Source: Eledone cirrhosa (taxonomy: Eukaryota). From it: a stretch of DNA of 64,000 nt. The translations under genes and the position numbers were made by a program. Below the pieces are notes generated by a model that saw nothing but the letters and a program-made list of their open reading frames with translations, was not told where the DNA came from and did no database searches. Every line of letters begins with the position of its first letter. Position 1 is the stretch's first letter. Positions 27,001 through 39,000 of this stretch are shown here, piece by piece. The stretch is taken from contig OZ024740.1 of the NCBI GenBank assembly GCA_964016885.1, positions 23,498,001 through 23,562,000 on the forward strand. The letters run 5' to 3'.

Positions 27001-30000
27001 GGTCGTGTTGCTGTTTGCTGTCATTGTTGTTGGTGTTATTGTTAGTGTTGTTGATCGTAATGCTCTTTGCTGTCATTGTTGTTGGTGTTGTTGTTAGTGT
27101 TGTTGGTCGTGATGCTGTTTGCTGTCATTGTTGTTGGTGTTATTGTTAGTGTTGTTGATCGTAATGCTCTTTGCTGTCATTGTTGTTGGTGTTATTGTTA
27201 GTGTTGTTGATCGTAATGCTCTTTGCTGTCATTGTTGTTGGTGTTGTTGTAAGTGTTGTTGATCGTGATGCTGTTTGCTGTCATTGTTGTTGGTGTTATT
27301 GTTAGTGTTGTTGATCGTAATGCTCTTTGCTGTCATTGTTGTTGGTGTTGTTGTAAGTGTTGTTGATCGTGATGCTGTTTGCTGTCATTGTTGTTGGTGT
27401 TGTTGTAAGTGTTGTTGATCGTGATGCTGTTTGCTGTCAATGCTGTTGGTGTCGTCGTTAGTGTTGTTGATCGTGATGCTGTTTGCTGTCATTGTTGTTG
27501 GTGTTGTTGTTAGTGTTGTTGGTCGTGATGCTGTTTGCTGTCATTGTTGTTGGTGTTGTTGTTAGTGTTGTTGATCGTGATGCTGTTTGCTGTCATTGTT
27601 GTTGGTGTTATTGTTAGTGTTGTTGATCGTAATGCTCTTTGCTGTCATTGTTGTTGGTGTTGTTGTTAGTGTTGTTGGTCGTGATGCTGTTTGCTGTCAT
27701 TGTTGTTGGTGTTGTTGTTAGTGTTGTTGATCGTGATGCTGTTTGCTGTCATTGTTGTTGGTGTTGTTGTTAGTGTTGTTGATCGTAATGCTCTTTGCTG
27801 TCATTGTTGTTGGTGTTGTTGTTAGTGTTGTTGATCGTGATGCTGTTTGCTGTCATTGTTGTTGGTGTCGTCGTTAGTGTTGTTGATCGTGATGCTCTTT
27901 GCTGTCATTGTTGTTGGTGTTGTTGTTAGTGTTGTTGATCGTGATGCTGTTTGCTGTCATTGTTGTTGGTGTCGTCGTTAGTGTTGTTGATCGTGATGCT
28001 GTTTGCTGTCATTGTTGTTGGTGTTGTTGTTAGTGTTGTTGGTCGTGATGCTGTTTGCTGTCATTGTTGTTGGTGTCGTCGTTAGTGTTGTTGGTCGTGA
28101 TGCTGTTTGCTGTCATTGTTGTTGGTGTTGTTGTTAGTGTTGTTGGTCGTGATACTGTTTGCTGTCATTGTTGTTGGTGTTGTTGTTAGTGTTGTTGGTC
28201 CTGATGCTGTTTGCTGTCATTGTTGTTGGTGTTGTTGTTAGTGTTGTTGGTCGTGATGCTGTTTGCTGTCATTGTTGTTGGTGTTATTGTTAGTGTTGTT
28301 GGTCGTGTTGCTGTTTGCTGTCATTGTTGTTGGTGTTGTTGTTAGTGTTGTTGGTCGTGATGCTGATTGCTGTCATTGTTGTTGGTGTTATTGTTAGTGT
28401 TGTTGGTCGTGTTGCTGTTTGCTGTCATTGTTGTTGGTGTTGTTGTTAGTGTTGTTGGTCGTGATGCTGTTTGCTGTCATTGTTGTTGGTGTTGTTGTTA
28501 GTGTTGTTGGTCGTGTTGCTGTTTGCTGTCAATGTTGTTGGTGTTGTTGTTAGTGTTGTTGGTCGTGATGCTGTTTGCTGTCATTGTTGTTGGTGTTGTT
28601 GTTAGTGTTGTTGGTCGTGATGCTGTTTGCTGTCATTGTTGTTGGTGTTATTGTTAGTGTTGTTGGTCGTGTTGCTGTTTGCTGTCATTGTTGTTGGTGT
28701 TGTTGTTAGTGTTGTTGGTCGTGATGCTGTTTGCTGTCATTGTTGTTGGTGTTGTTGTTAGTGTTGTTGGTCGTGTTGCTGTTTGCTGTCAATGTTGTTG
28801 GTGTTGTTGTTAGTGTTGTTGGTCGTGATGCTGTTTGCTGTCATTGTTGTTGGTGTTAATGTTAGTGTTGTTGGTCGTGTTGCTGTTTGCTGTCAATGTT
28901 GTTGGTGTTGTTGTTAGTGTTGTTGGTCGTGATGCTGTTTGCTGTCATTGTTGTTGGTGTTGTTGTTAGTGTTGTTGGTCGTGATGCTGTTTGCTGTCAA
29001 TGTTGTTGGTGTTGTTGTTAGTGTTGTTGGTCGTGTTGCTGTTTGCTGTCAATGTTGTTGGTGTTGTTGTTAGTGTTGTTGGTCGTGATGCTGTTTGCTG
29101 TCATTGTTGTTGGTGTTGTTGTTAGTGTTGTTGGTCGTGATGCTGTTTGCTGTCATTGTTGTTGGTGTTATTGTTAGTGTTGTTGGTCGTGTTGCTGTTT
29201 GCTGTCAATGTTGTTGGTGTTGTTGTTAGTGTTGTTGGTCGTGATGCTGTTTGCTGTCAATGTTGTTGGTGTTGTTGTTAGTGTTGTTGATCGTGATGCT
29301 GTTTACTGTCAATGTTGTTGGTGTTATTGTTAGTGTTGTTGATCGTGATGCTGTTTGCTGTCATTGTTGTTGGTGTTGTTGTTAGTGTTGTTGCTCGTGA
29401 TGCTGTTTGCTGTCAATGTTGTTGGTGTTATTGTTAGTGGTGTTGATCGTGATGCTGTTTGCTGTCATTGTTGTTGGTGTTGTGTTAGTGTTGTTGGTCG
29501 TGATGCTGTTTGCTGTCATTGTTGTTGGTGTTGTTGTTAGTGTTGTTGATCGTGATGCTGTTTGCTGTCATTGTTGTTGGTGTTGTGTTAGTGTTGTTGG
29601 TCGTGATGCTGTTTGCTGTCATTGTTGTTGGTGTTGTTGTTAGTGTTGTTGGTCGTGATGCTGTTTGCTGTCATTGTTGTTGGTGTTGTTGTTAGTGTTG
29701 TTGGTGTTGTTGTTAGTGTTGTTGATCGTGATGCTGTTTGCTTTCATTGTTGTTGGTGTTGTTGTTAGTGTTGTTGGTCGTGATGCTGTTTGCTGTCATT
29801 GTTGTTGGTGTTGTTGTTAGTGTTGTTGGCCGTGATGCTGTTTGCTGTCATTGTTGTTGGTGTTATTGTTAGTGTTGTTGATCGTGATGCTGTTTGCTGT
29901 CATTGTTGTTGGTGTTGTTAGTGTTGTTGGTCGTGATGATGTTTGCTGTCATTGTTGTTGGTGTTGTTGTTAGTGTTGTTGGTCGTGATGCTGTTTGCTG

Positions 30001-33000
30001 TCATTGTTGTTGGTGTTGTTGTTAGTGTTGTTGGTCGTGATGCTGTTTGCTGTCATTGTTGTTGGTGTTGTTAGTGTTGTTGGTCGTGATGCTGTTTGCT
30101 GTCATTGTTGTTGGTGTTGTTAGTGTTGTTGGTCGTGATGCTGTTTGCTGTCATTGTTGTTGGTGTTGTTGTTAGTGTTGTTGGTCGTGATGCTGTTTGC
30201 TGTCATTGTTGTTGGTGTTGTTGTTAGTGTTGTTGATCGTGATGCTGTTTGCTGTCAATGTTGTTGGTGTTGTTGTTAGTGTTGTTGATCGTGATGCTGT
30301 TTGCTGTCATTGTTGTTGGTGTTGTTGATCGTGATGATGTTTGCTGTCAATGTTGTTGGTGTTGTTGTTAGTGTTGTTGATCGTGATGCTGTTTGCTGTC
30401 AATGTTGTTGGTGTTGTTGTTAGTGTTGTTGATCGTGATGCTGTTTGCTGTCATTGTTGTTGGTGTCGTCGTTAGTGTTGTTGATCGTGATGCTGTTTGC
30501 TGTCATTGTTGTTGGTGTTGTTGTTAGTGTTGTTGATCGTGATGCTGTTTGCTGTCAATGTTGTTGGTGTCGTCGTTAGTGTTGTTGATCGTGATGCTGT
30601 TTGCTGTCATTGTTGTTGGTGTTGTTGTTAGTGTTGTTGATCGTGATGCTGTTTGCTGTCATTGTTGTTGGTGTCGTCGTTAGTGTTGTTGATCGTGATG
30701 CTGTTTGCTGTCATTGTTGTTGGTGTTGTTGTTAGTGTTGTTGGTCGTGATGCTGTTTGCTGTCATTGTTGTTGGTGTCGTCGTTAGTGTTGTTGATCGT
30801 GATGCTGTTTGCTGTCATTGTTGTTGGTGTTGTTGTTAGTGTTGTTGATCGTGATGCTGTTTGCTGTCATTGTTGTTGGTGTTGTTGTTAGTGTTGTTGG
30901 TCGTGATGCTGTTTGCTGTCATTGTTGTTGGTGTTGTTGTTAGTGTTGTTGGTCGTGTTGCTGTTTGCTGTCAATGTTGTTGGTGTTGTTGTTAGTGTTG
31001 TTGGTCGTGATGCTGTTTGCTGTCATTGTTGTTGGTGTTGTTGTTAGTGTTGTTGGTCGTGATGCTGTTTGCTGTCATTGTTGTTGGTGTTGTTGTTAGT
31101 GTTGTTGGTCGTGATGCTGTTTGCTGTCATTGTTGTTGGTGTTGTTGTTAGTGTTGTTGGTCGTGATGCTGTTTGCTGTCATTGTTGTTGGTGTTGTTGT
31201 TAGTGTTGTTGGTCGTGATGATGTTTGCTGTCATTGTTGTTGGTGTTATTGTTAGTGTTGTTGGTCGTGTTGCTGTTTGCTGTCAATGTTGTTGGTGTTG
31301 TTGTTAGTGTTGTTGGTCGTGATGCTGTTTGCTGTCATTGTTGTTGGTGTTGTTGTTAGTGTTGTTGGTCGTGATGCTGTTTGCTGTCATTGTTGTTGGT
31401 GTTGTTGTTAGTGTTGTTGGTCGTGATGCTGTTTGCTGTCATTGTTGTTGGTGTTGTTGTTAGTGTTGTTGGTCGTGTTGCTGTTTGCTGTCATTGTTGT
31501 TGGTGTTGTTGTTAGTGTTGTTGGTCGTGATGCTGTTTGCTGTCATTGTTGTTGGTGTTGTTGTTAGTGTTGTTGATCGTGATGATGTTTGCTGTCATTG
31601 TTGTTGGTGTTATTGTTAGTGTTGTTGGTCGTGTTGCTGTTTGCTGTCAATGTTGTTGGTGTTGTTGTTAGTGTTGTTGGTCGTGATGCTGTTTGCTGTC
31701 ATTGTTGTTGGTGTTGTTGTTAGTGTTGTTGGTCGTGATGCTGTTTGCTGTCATTGTTGTTGGTGTTATTGTTAGTGTTGTTGGTCGTGTTGCTGTTTGC
31801 TGTCAATGTTGTTGGTGTTGTTGTTAGTGTTGTTGGTCGTGATGCTGTTTGCTGTCAATGTTGTTGGTGTTGTTGTTAGTGTTGTTGATCGTGATGCTGT
31901 TTGCTGTCATTGTTGTTGGTGTTATTGTTAGTGTTGTTGGTCGTGTTGCTGTTTGTTGTCAATGTTGTTGGTGTTGTTGTTAGTGTTGTTGGTCGTGATG
32001 CTGTTTGCTGTCATTGTTGTTGGTGTTGTTGTTAGTGTTGTTGGTCGTGATGCTGTTTGCTGTCATTGTTGTTGGTGTTATTGTTAGTGTTGTTGATCGT
32101 GATGCTGTTTGCTGTCATTGTTGTTGGTGTTATTGTTAGTGTTGTTGGTCGTGATGCTGTTTGCTGTCATTGTTGTTGGTGTTGTTGTTAGTGTTGTTCG
32201 TCGTGATGCTGTTTGCTGTCAATGTTGTTGGTGTTGTTGTTAGTGTTGTTGATCGTGATGCTGTTTGCTGTCATTGTTGTTGGTGTTATTGTTAGTGTTG
32301 TTGGTCGTGATGCTGTTTGCTGTCATTGTTGTTAGTGTTGTTGTTAGTGTTGTTGATCGTGATGCTGTTTGCTGTCATTGTTGTTGGTGTTATTGTTAGT
32401 GTTGTTGGTCGTGATGCTGTTTGCTGTCATTGTTGTTGGTGTTGTTGTTAGTGTTGTTGATCGTGATGCTGTTTGCTGTCAATGTTGTTGGTGTTGTTGT
32501 TAGTGTTGTTGATCGTGATGCTGTTTGCTGTCATTGTTGTTGGTGTTATTGTTAGTGTTGTTAGTCGTGATGCTGTTTGCTGTCATTGTTGTTGGTGTTG
32601 TTGTTAGTGTTGTTGATCGAGATGCTGTTTGCTGTCAATGTTGTTGGTGTTGTTGTTAGTGTTGTTGGTCGTGATGCTGTTTGCTGTCATTGTTGTTGGT
32701 GTTATTGTTAGTGTTGTTGGTCGTGATGCTGTTTGCTGTCATTGTTGTTGGTGTTGTTGTTAGTGTTGTTGATCGAGATGCTGTTTGCTGTCAATGTTGT
32801 TGGTGTTGTTGTTAGTGTTGTTGGTCGTGATGCTGTTTGCTGTCATTGTTGTTGGTTTTGTTGTTAGTGTTGTTGATCGAGATGCTGTTTGCTGTCAATG
32901 TTGTTGGTGTTGTTGTTAGTGTTGTTGGTCGTGATGCTGTTTGCTGTCATTGTTGTTGGTGTTGTTGTTAGTGTTGTTGATCGAGATGCTGTTTGCTGTC

Positions 33001-36000
33001 ATTGTTGTTGGTGTTATTGTTAGTGTTGTTGGTCGTGATGCTGTTTGCTGTCATTGTTGTTGGTGTTGTTGTTAGTGTTGTTGATCGAGATGCTGTTTGC
33101 TGTCAATGTTGTTGGTGTTGTTGTTAGTGTTGTTGGTCGTGATGCTGTTTGCTGTCATTGTTGTTGGTGTTGTTGTTAGTGTTGTTGGTCGTGATGCTGT
33201 TTGCTGTCATTGTTGTTGGTGTTGTTGTTAGTGTTGTTGGTCGTGATGCTGTTTGCTGTCATTGTTGTTGGTGTTATTGTTAGTGTTGTTGGTCGTGATG
33301 CTGTTTGCTGTCATTGTTGTTGGTGTTGTTGTTAGTGTTGTTGATCGAGATGCTGTTTGCTGTCAATGTTGTTGGTGTTGTTGTTAGTGTTGTTGGTCGT
33401 GATGCTGTTTGCTGTCATTGTTGTTGGTTTTGTTGTTTGTGTTGTTGATCGTGATGCTGATTGCTGTCAATGTTGTTGGTGTTGTTGTTTGTGTTGTTGA
33501 TCGTGATGCTGTTTGCTGTAATTGTTGTTGGTGTTGTTGTTAGTGTTGTTGGTCGTGATGCTGTTTGCTGTAATTGTTGTTGGTGTTGTTGTTAGTGTTG
33601 TTGATCGAGATGCTGTTTGCTGTCAATGTTGTTGGTGTTGTTGTTAGTGTTGTTGGTCGTGATGCTGTTTGCTGTAATTGTTGTTGGTGTTGTTGTTAGT
33701 GTTGTTGGTCGTGATGCTGTTTGCTGTAATTGTTGTTGGTGTTGTTGTTAGTGTTGTTGGTCGTGATGCTGTTTGCTGTAATTGTTGTTGGTGTTGTTGT
33801 TAGTGTTGTTGGTCGTGATGCTGTTTGCTGTCATTGTTGTTGGTGTTGTTGTTAGTGTTGTTGGTCGTGATGCTGTTTGCTGTAATTGTTGTTGGTGTTG
33901 TTGTTAGTGTTGTTGATCGTGATGCTGTTTGCTGTCATTGTTGTTGGTGTTGTTGTTAGTGTTGTTGGTCGTGATGCTGTTTGCTGTCATTGTTGTTGGT
34001 GTTGTTGTTTGTGTTGTTGATCGTGATGCTGTTTGCTGTAATTGTTGTTGGTGTTGTTGTTTGTGTTGTTGATCGTGATGCTGTTTGCTGTAATTGTTGT
34101 TGGTGTTGTTGTTTGTGTTGTTGGTCGTGATGCTGTTTGCTGTCATTGTTGTTGGTGTTGTTGTTTGTGTTGTTGGTCGTGATGCTGTTTGCTGTCATTG
34201 TTGTTGGTGTTGTTGTGTGTGTTGTTGATCGTGATGCTGTTTGCTGTAATTGTTGTTGGTGTTGTTGTTTGTGTTGTTGATCGTGATGCTGTTTGCTGTA
34301 ATTGTTGTTGGTGTTGTTGTTAGTGTTGTTGGTCGTGATGCTGTTTGCTGTCATTGTTGTTGGTGTTGTTGTTACTGTTGTTGATCGTGATGCTGTTTGC
34401 TTTCATTGTTGTTGGTGTTGTTGTTTGTGTTCTTGATCGTGATGCTGTTTGCTGTAATTGTTGTTGGTGTTGTTGTTTGTGTTGTTGATCGTGATGCTGT
34501 TTGCTGTAATTGTTGTTGGTGTTGTTGGTCGTGATGCTGTTTGCTGTCATTGTTGTTGGTGTTGTTGTTTGTGTTGTTGATCGTGATGCTGTTTGCTGTA
34601 ATTGTTGTTGGTGTTGTTGTTAGTGTTGTTGGTCGTGATGCTGTTTGCTGTAATTGTTGTTGGTGTTGTTGTTTGTGTTGTTGATCGTGATGCTGTTTGC
34701 TGTAATTGTTGTTGGTGTTGTTGTTAGTGTTGTTGGTCGTGATGCTGTTTGCTGTCATTGTTGTTGGTGTTGTTGTTTGTGTTGTTGATCGTGATGCTGT
34801 TTGCTGTAATTGTTGTTGGTGTTGTTGTTTGTGTCGTTGATCGTGATGCTGTTTGCTGTAATTGTTGTTGGTGTTGTTGTTTGTGTTGTTGGTCGTGATG
34901 CTGTTTGCTGTCATTGTTGTTGGTGTTGTTGTTTGTGTTGTTGGTCGTGATGCTGTTTGCTGTCATTGTTGTTGGTGTTGTTGTTACTGTTGTTGATCGT
35001 GATGCTGTTTGCTGTAATTGTTGTTGGTGTTGTTGTTTGTGTTGTTGATCGTGATGCTGTTTGCTGTAATTGTTGTTGGTGTTGTTGTTAGTGTTGTTGG
35101 TCGTGACGCTGTTTGCTGTCATTGTTGTTGGTGTTGTTGTTACTGTTGTTGATCGTGATGCTGTTTGCTGTCATTGTTGTTGGTGTTGTTGTTTGTGTTC
35201 TTGATCGTGATGCTGTTTGCTGTAATTGTTGTTGGTGTTGTTGTTTGTGTTGTTGATCGTGATGCTGTTTGCTGTAATTGTTGTTGGTGTTGTTGTTAGT
35301 GTTGTTGGTCGTGATGCTGTTTGATGTCATTGTTGTTGGTGTTGTTGTTAGTGTTGTTGGTCGTGATGCTCTTTGCTGTCAATTTTGTTGGTGTTGTTGT
35401 AAGTGTTGTTGATCGTGATGCTGTTTGCTGTCAATGTTGTTGGTGTTGTTGTTAGTGTTGTTGATCGTAATGCTGTTTGCTGTCATTGTTGTTGGTGTTG
35501 TTGTTAGTGTTGTTGATCGTGATGCTGTTTGCTCTCATTGTTGTTGGTGTTGTTGTTAGTGTTGTTGGTCGTGATGCTGTTTGCTGTCATTGTTGTTGGT
35601 GTTGTTGTTAGTGTTGTTGATCGTGATGCTGTTTGCTGTCATTGTTGTTGGTGTTGTTGTTAGTGTTGTTGGTCGTGATGCTGTTTGATGTCATTGTTGT
35701 TGGTGTTGTTGTTAGTGTTGTTGGTCGTGATGCTGTTTGCTGTCATTGTTGTCGGTGTTGTTGTTAGTGTTGTTGATCGTAATGCTGTTTGCTGTCATTG
35801 TTGTTGGTGTTGTTGTTAGTGTTGTTGATCGTGATGCTGTTTGCTGTCAATGTTGTTGGTGTTGTTGTTAGTGTTGTTGGTCGTGATGTTGTTTGCTGTA
35901 ATTGTTGTTGGTGTTGTTGTTAGTGTTGTTGATCGTAATGCTGTTTGCTGTCATTGTTGTTGGTGTTGTTGTTAGTGTTGTTGATCGTGATGATGTTTGC

Positions 36001-39000
36001 TGTCATTGTTGTCGGTGTTGTTGTTAGTGTTGTTGATCGTAATGCTGTTTGCTGTCATTGTTGTTGGTGTTGTTGTTAGTGTTGTTGATCGTGATGATGT
36101 TTGCTGTCATTGTTGTTGGTGTTGTTGTTAGTGTTGTTGATCGTGATGCTGTTTGCTGTCATTGTTGTTGGTGTTGTTGTTAGTGTTGTTGATCGAGATG
36201 CTGTTTGCTGTCATTGTTGTCGGTGTTGTTGTTAGTGTTGTTGATCGTAATGCTGTTTGCTGTCATTGTTGTTGGTGTTGTTGTTAGTGTTGTTGATCGT
36301 GATGCTGTTTGCTGTCATTGTTGTTGGTGTTGTTGTTAGTGTTGTTGATCGTGATGCTGTTTGCTGTCATTGTTGTTGGTGTTGTTGTTTGTGTTCTTGA
36401 TCGTGATGCTGTTTGCTGTAATTGTTGTTGGTGTTGTTGTTTGTGTTCTTGATCGTGATGCTGTTGGCTGTAATTGTTGTTGGTGTTGTTGTTTGTGTTG
36501 TTGATCGTGATGCTGTTTGCTGTCATTGTTGTTGGTGTTGTTGTTTGTGTTCTTGATCGTGATGCTGTTTGCTGTAATTGTTGTTGGTGTTGTTGTTTGT
36601 GTTCTTGATCGTGATGCTGTTTGCTGTCATTGTTGTTGGTGTTGTTGTTAGTGTTGTTGGTCGTGATGCTGTTGGCTGTAATTGTTGTTGGTGTTGTTGT
36701 TAGTGTTGTTGGTCGTGATGCTGTTTGCTCTCATTGTTGTTGGTGTTGTTGTTAGTGTTGTTGGTCGTGATGCTGTTGGCTGTAATTGTTGTTGGTGTTG
36801 TTGTTAGTGTTGTTGGTCGTGATGCTGTTTGATGTCATTGTTGTTGGTGTTGTTGTTAGTGTTGTTGGTCGTGATGCTCTTTGCTGTCAATTTTGTTGGT
36901 GTTGTTGTAAGTGTTGTTGATCGTGATGCTGTTTGCTGTCAATGTTGTTGGTGTTGTTGTTAGTGTTGTTGATCGTAATGCTGTTTGCTGTCATTGTTGT
37001 TGGTGTTGTTGTTAGTGTTGTTGATCGTGATGCTGTTTGCTCTCATTGTTGTTGGTGTTGTTGTTAGTGTTGTTGGTCGTGATGCTGTTTGCTGTCATTG
37101 TTGTTGGTGTTGTTGTTAGTGTTGTTGGTCGTGATGCTGTTTGATGTCATTGTTGTTGGTGTTGTTGTTAGTGTTGTTGGTCGTGATGCTGTTTGCTGTC
37201 ATTGTTGTTGGTGTTGTTGTTAGTGTTGTTGATCGTGATGCTGTTTGCTCTCATTGTTGTTGGTGTTGTTGTTAGTGTTGTTGGTCGTGATGATGTTTGA
37301 TGTCATTGTTGTTGGTGTTGTTGTTAGTGTTGTTGGTCGTGATGCTGTTTGATGTCATTGTTGTTGTTGTTAGTGTTGTTGGTCGTGATGCTGTTTGCTG
37401 TCATTGTTGTCGGTGTTGTTGTTAGTGTTGTTGATCGTGATGCTGTTTGCTGTCATTGTTGTTGGTGTTGTTGTTTGTGTTGTTGATCGTGATGCTGTTT
37501 GCTGTAATTGTTGTTGGTGTTGTTGTTAGTGTTGTTGGTCGTGATGCAGTTTGCTGTCATTGTTGTTGGTGTTGTTGTTAGTGTTGTTGGTCGTGATGCT
37601 GTTTGCTGTAATTGTTGTTGGTGTTGTTGTTAGTGTTGTTGGTCGGGATGCTGTTTGCTGTAATTGTTGTTGGTGTTGTTGTTAGTGTTGTTGGTCGGGA
37701 TGCTGTTTGCTGTAATTGTTGTTGGTGTTGTTGTTAGTGTTGTTGGTCGGGATGCTGTTTGCTGTCATTGTTGTTGGTGTTGTTGTTAGTGTTGTTGGTC
37801 GTGATGATGTTTGCTGTCATTGTTGTTGGTTTTGTTGTTTGTGTTGTTCATCGTGATGCTGTTTGCTGTAATTGTTGTTGGTGTTGTTGTTAGTGTTGTT
37901 GGTCGTGATGCTGTTTGCTGTCATTGTTGTTGGTGTTGTTGTTAGTGTTGTTGGTCGTGATGCTGTTTGCTGTAATTGTTGTTGGTGTTGTTGTTAGTGT
38001 TGTTGGTCGGGATGCTGTTTGCTGTCATTGTTGTTGGTGTTGTTGTTTGTGTTGTTGATCGTGATGCTGTTTGCTGTAATTGTTGTTGGTGTTGTTGTTT
38101 GTGTTGTTGATCGTGATGCTGTTTGCTGTAATTGTTGTTGGTGTTGTTGTTTGTGTTGTTAGTCGTGATGCTGTTTGCTGTCATTGTTGTTGGTGTTGTT
38201 GTTACTGTTGTTGATCGTGATGCTGTTTGCTGTCATTGTTGTTGGTGTTGTTGTTAGTGTTGTTGATCGTAATGCTGTTTGCTGTCATTGTTGTTGGTGT
38301 TGTTGTTAGTGTTGTTGATCGTGATGCTGTTTGCTGTCATTGTTGTCGGTGTTGTTGTTAGTGTTGTTGATCGTGATGCTGTTTGCTGTCATTGTTGTTG
38401 GTGTTGTTGTTAGTGTTGTTGGTCGTGATGCTGTTTGCTGTCATTGTTGTTGGTGTTGTTGTTAGTGTTGTTGATCGTGATGATGTTTGCTGTCATTGTT
38501 GTTGGTGTTGTTGTTAGTGTTGTAGATCGTGATGCTGTTTGCTGTCATTGTTGTTGGTGTTGTTGTTAGTGTTGTTGATCGTGATGATGTTTGCTGTCAT
38601 TGTTGTTGGTGTTGTTGTTAGTGTTGTTGATCGTAATGCTGTTTGCTGTCATTGTTGTTGGTGTTGTTGTTAGTGTTGTTGATCGTGATGCTGTTTGCTG
38701 TCATTGTTGTCGGTGTTGTTTTAAGTGTTGTTGATCGTGATGCTGTTTGCTGTCATTGTTGTTGGTGTTGTTGTTAGTGTTGTTGATCGTAATGCTGTTT
38801 GCTGTCATTGTTGTTGGTGTTGTTGTTAGTGTTGTTGATCGAGATGCTGTTTGCTGTCATTGTTGTCGGTGTTGTTGTTAGTGTTGTTGATCGTGATGCT
38901 GTTTGCTGTCATTGTTGTTGGTGTTGTTGTTTGTGTTGTTGATCGTGATGCTGTTTGCTGTAATTGTTGTTGGTGTTGTTGTTAGTGCTGTTGGTCGTGA

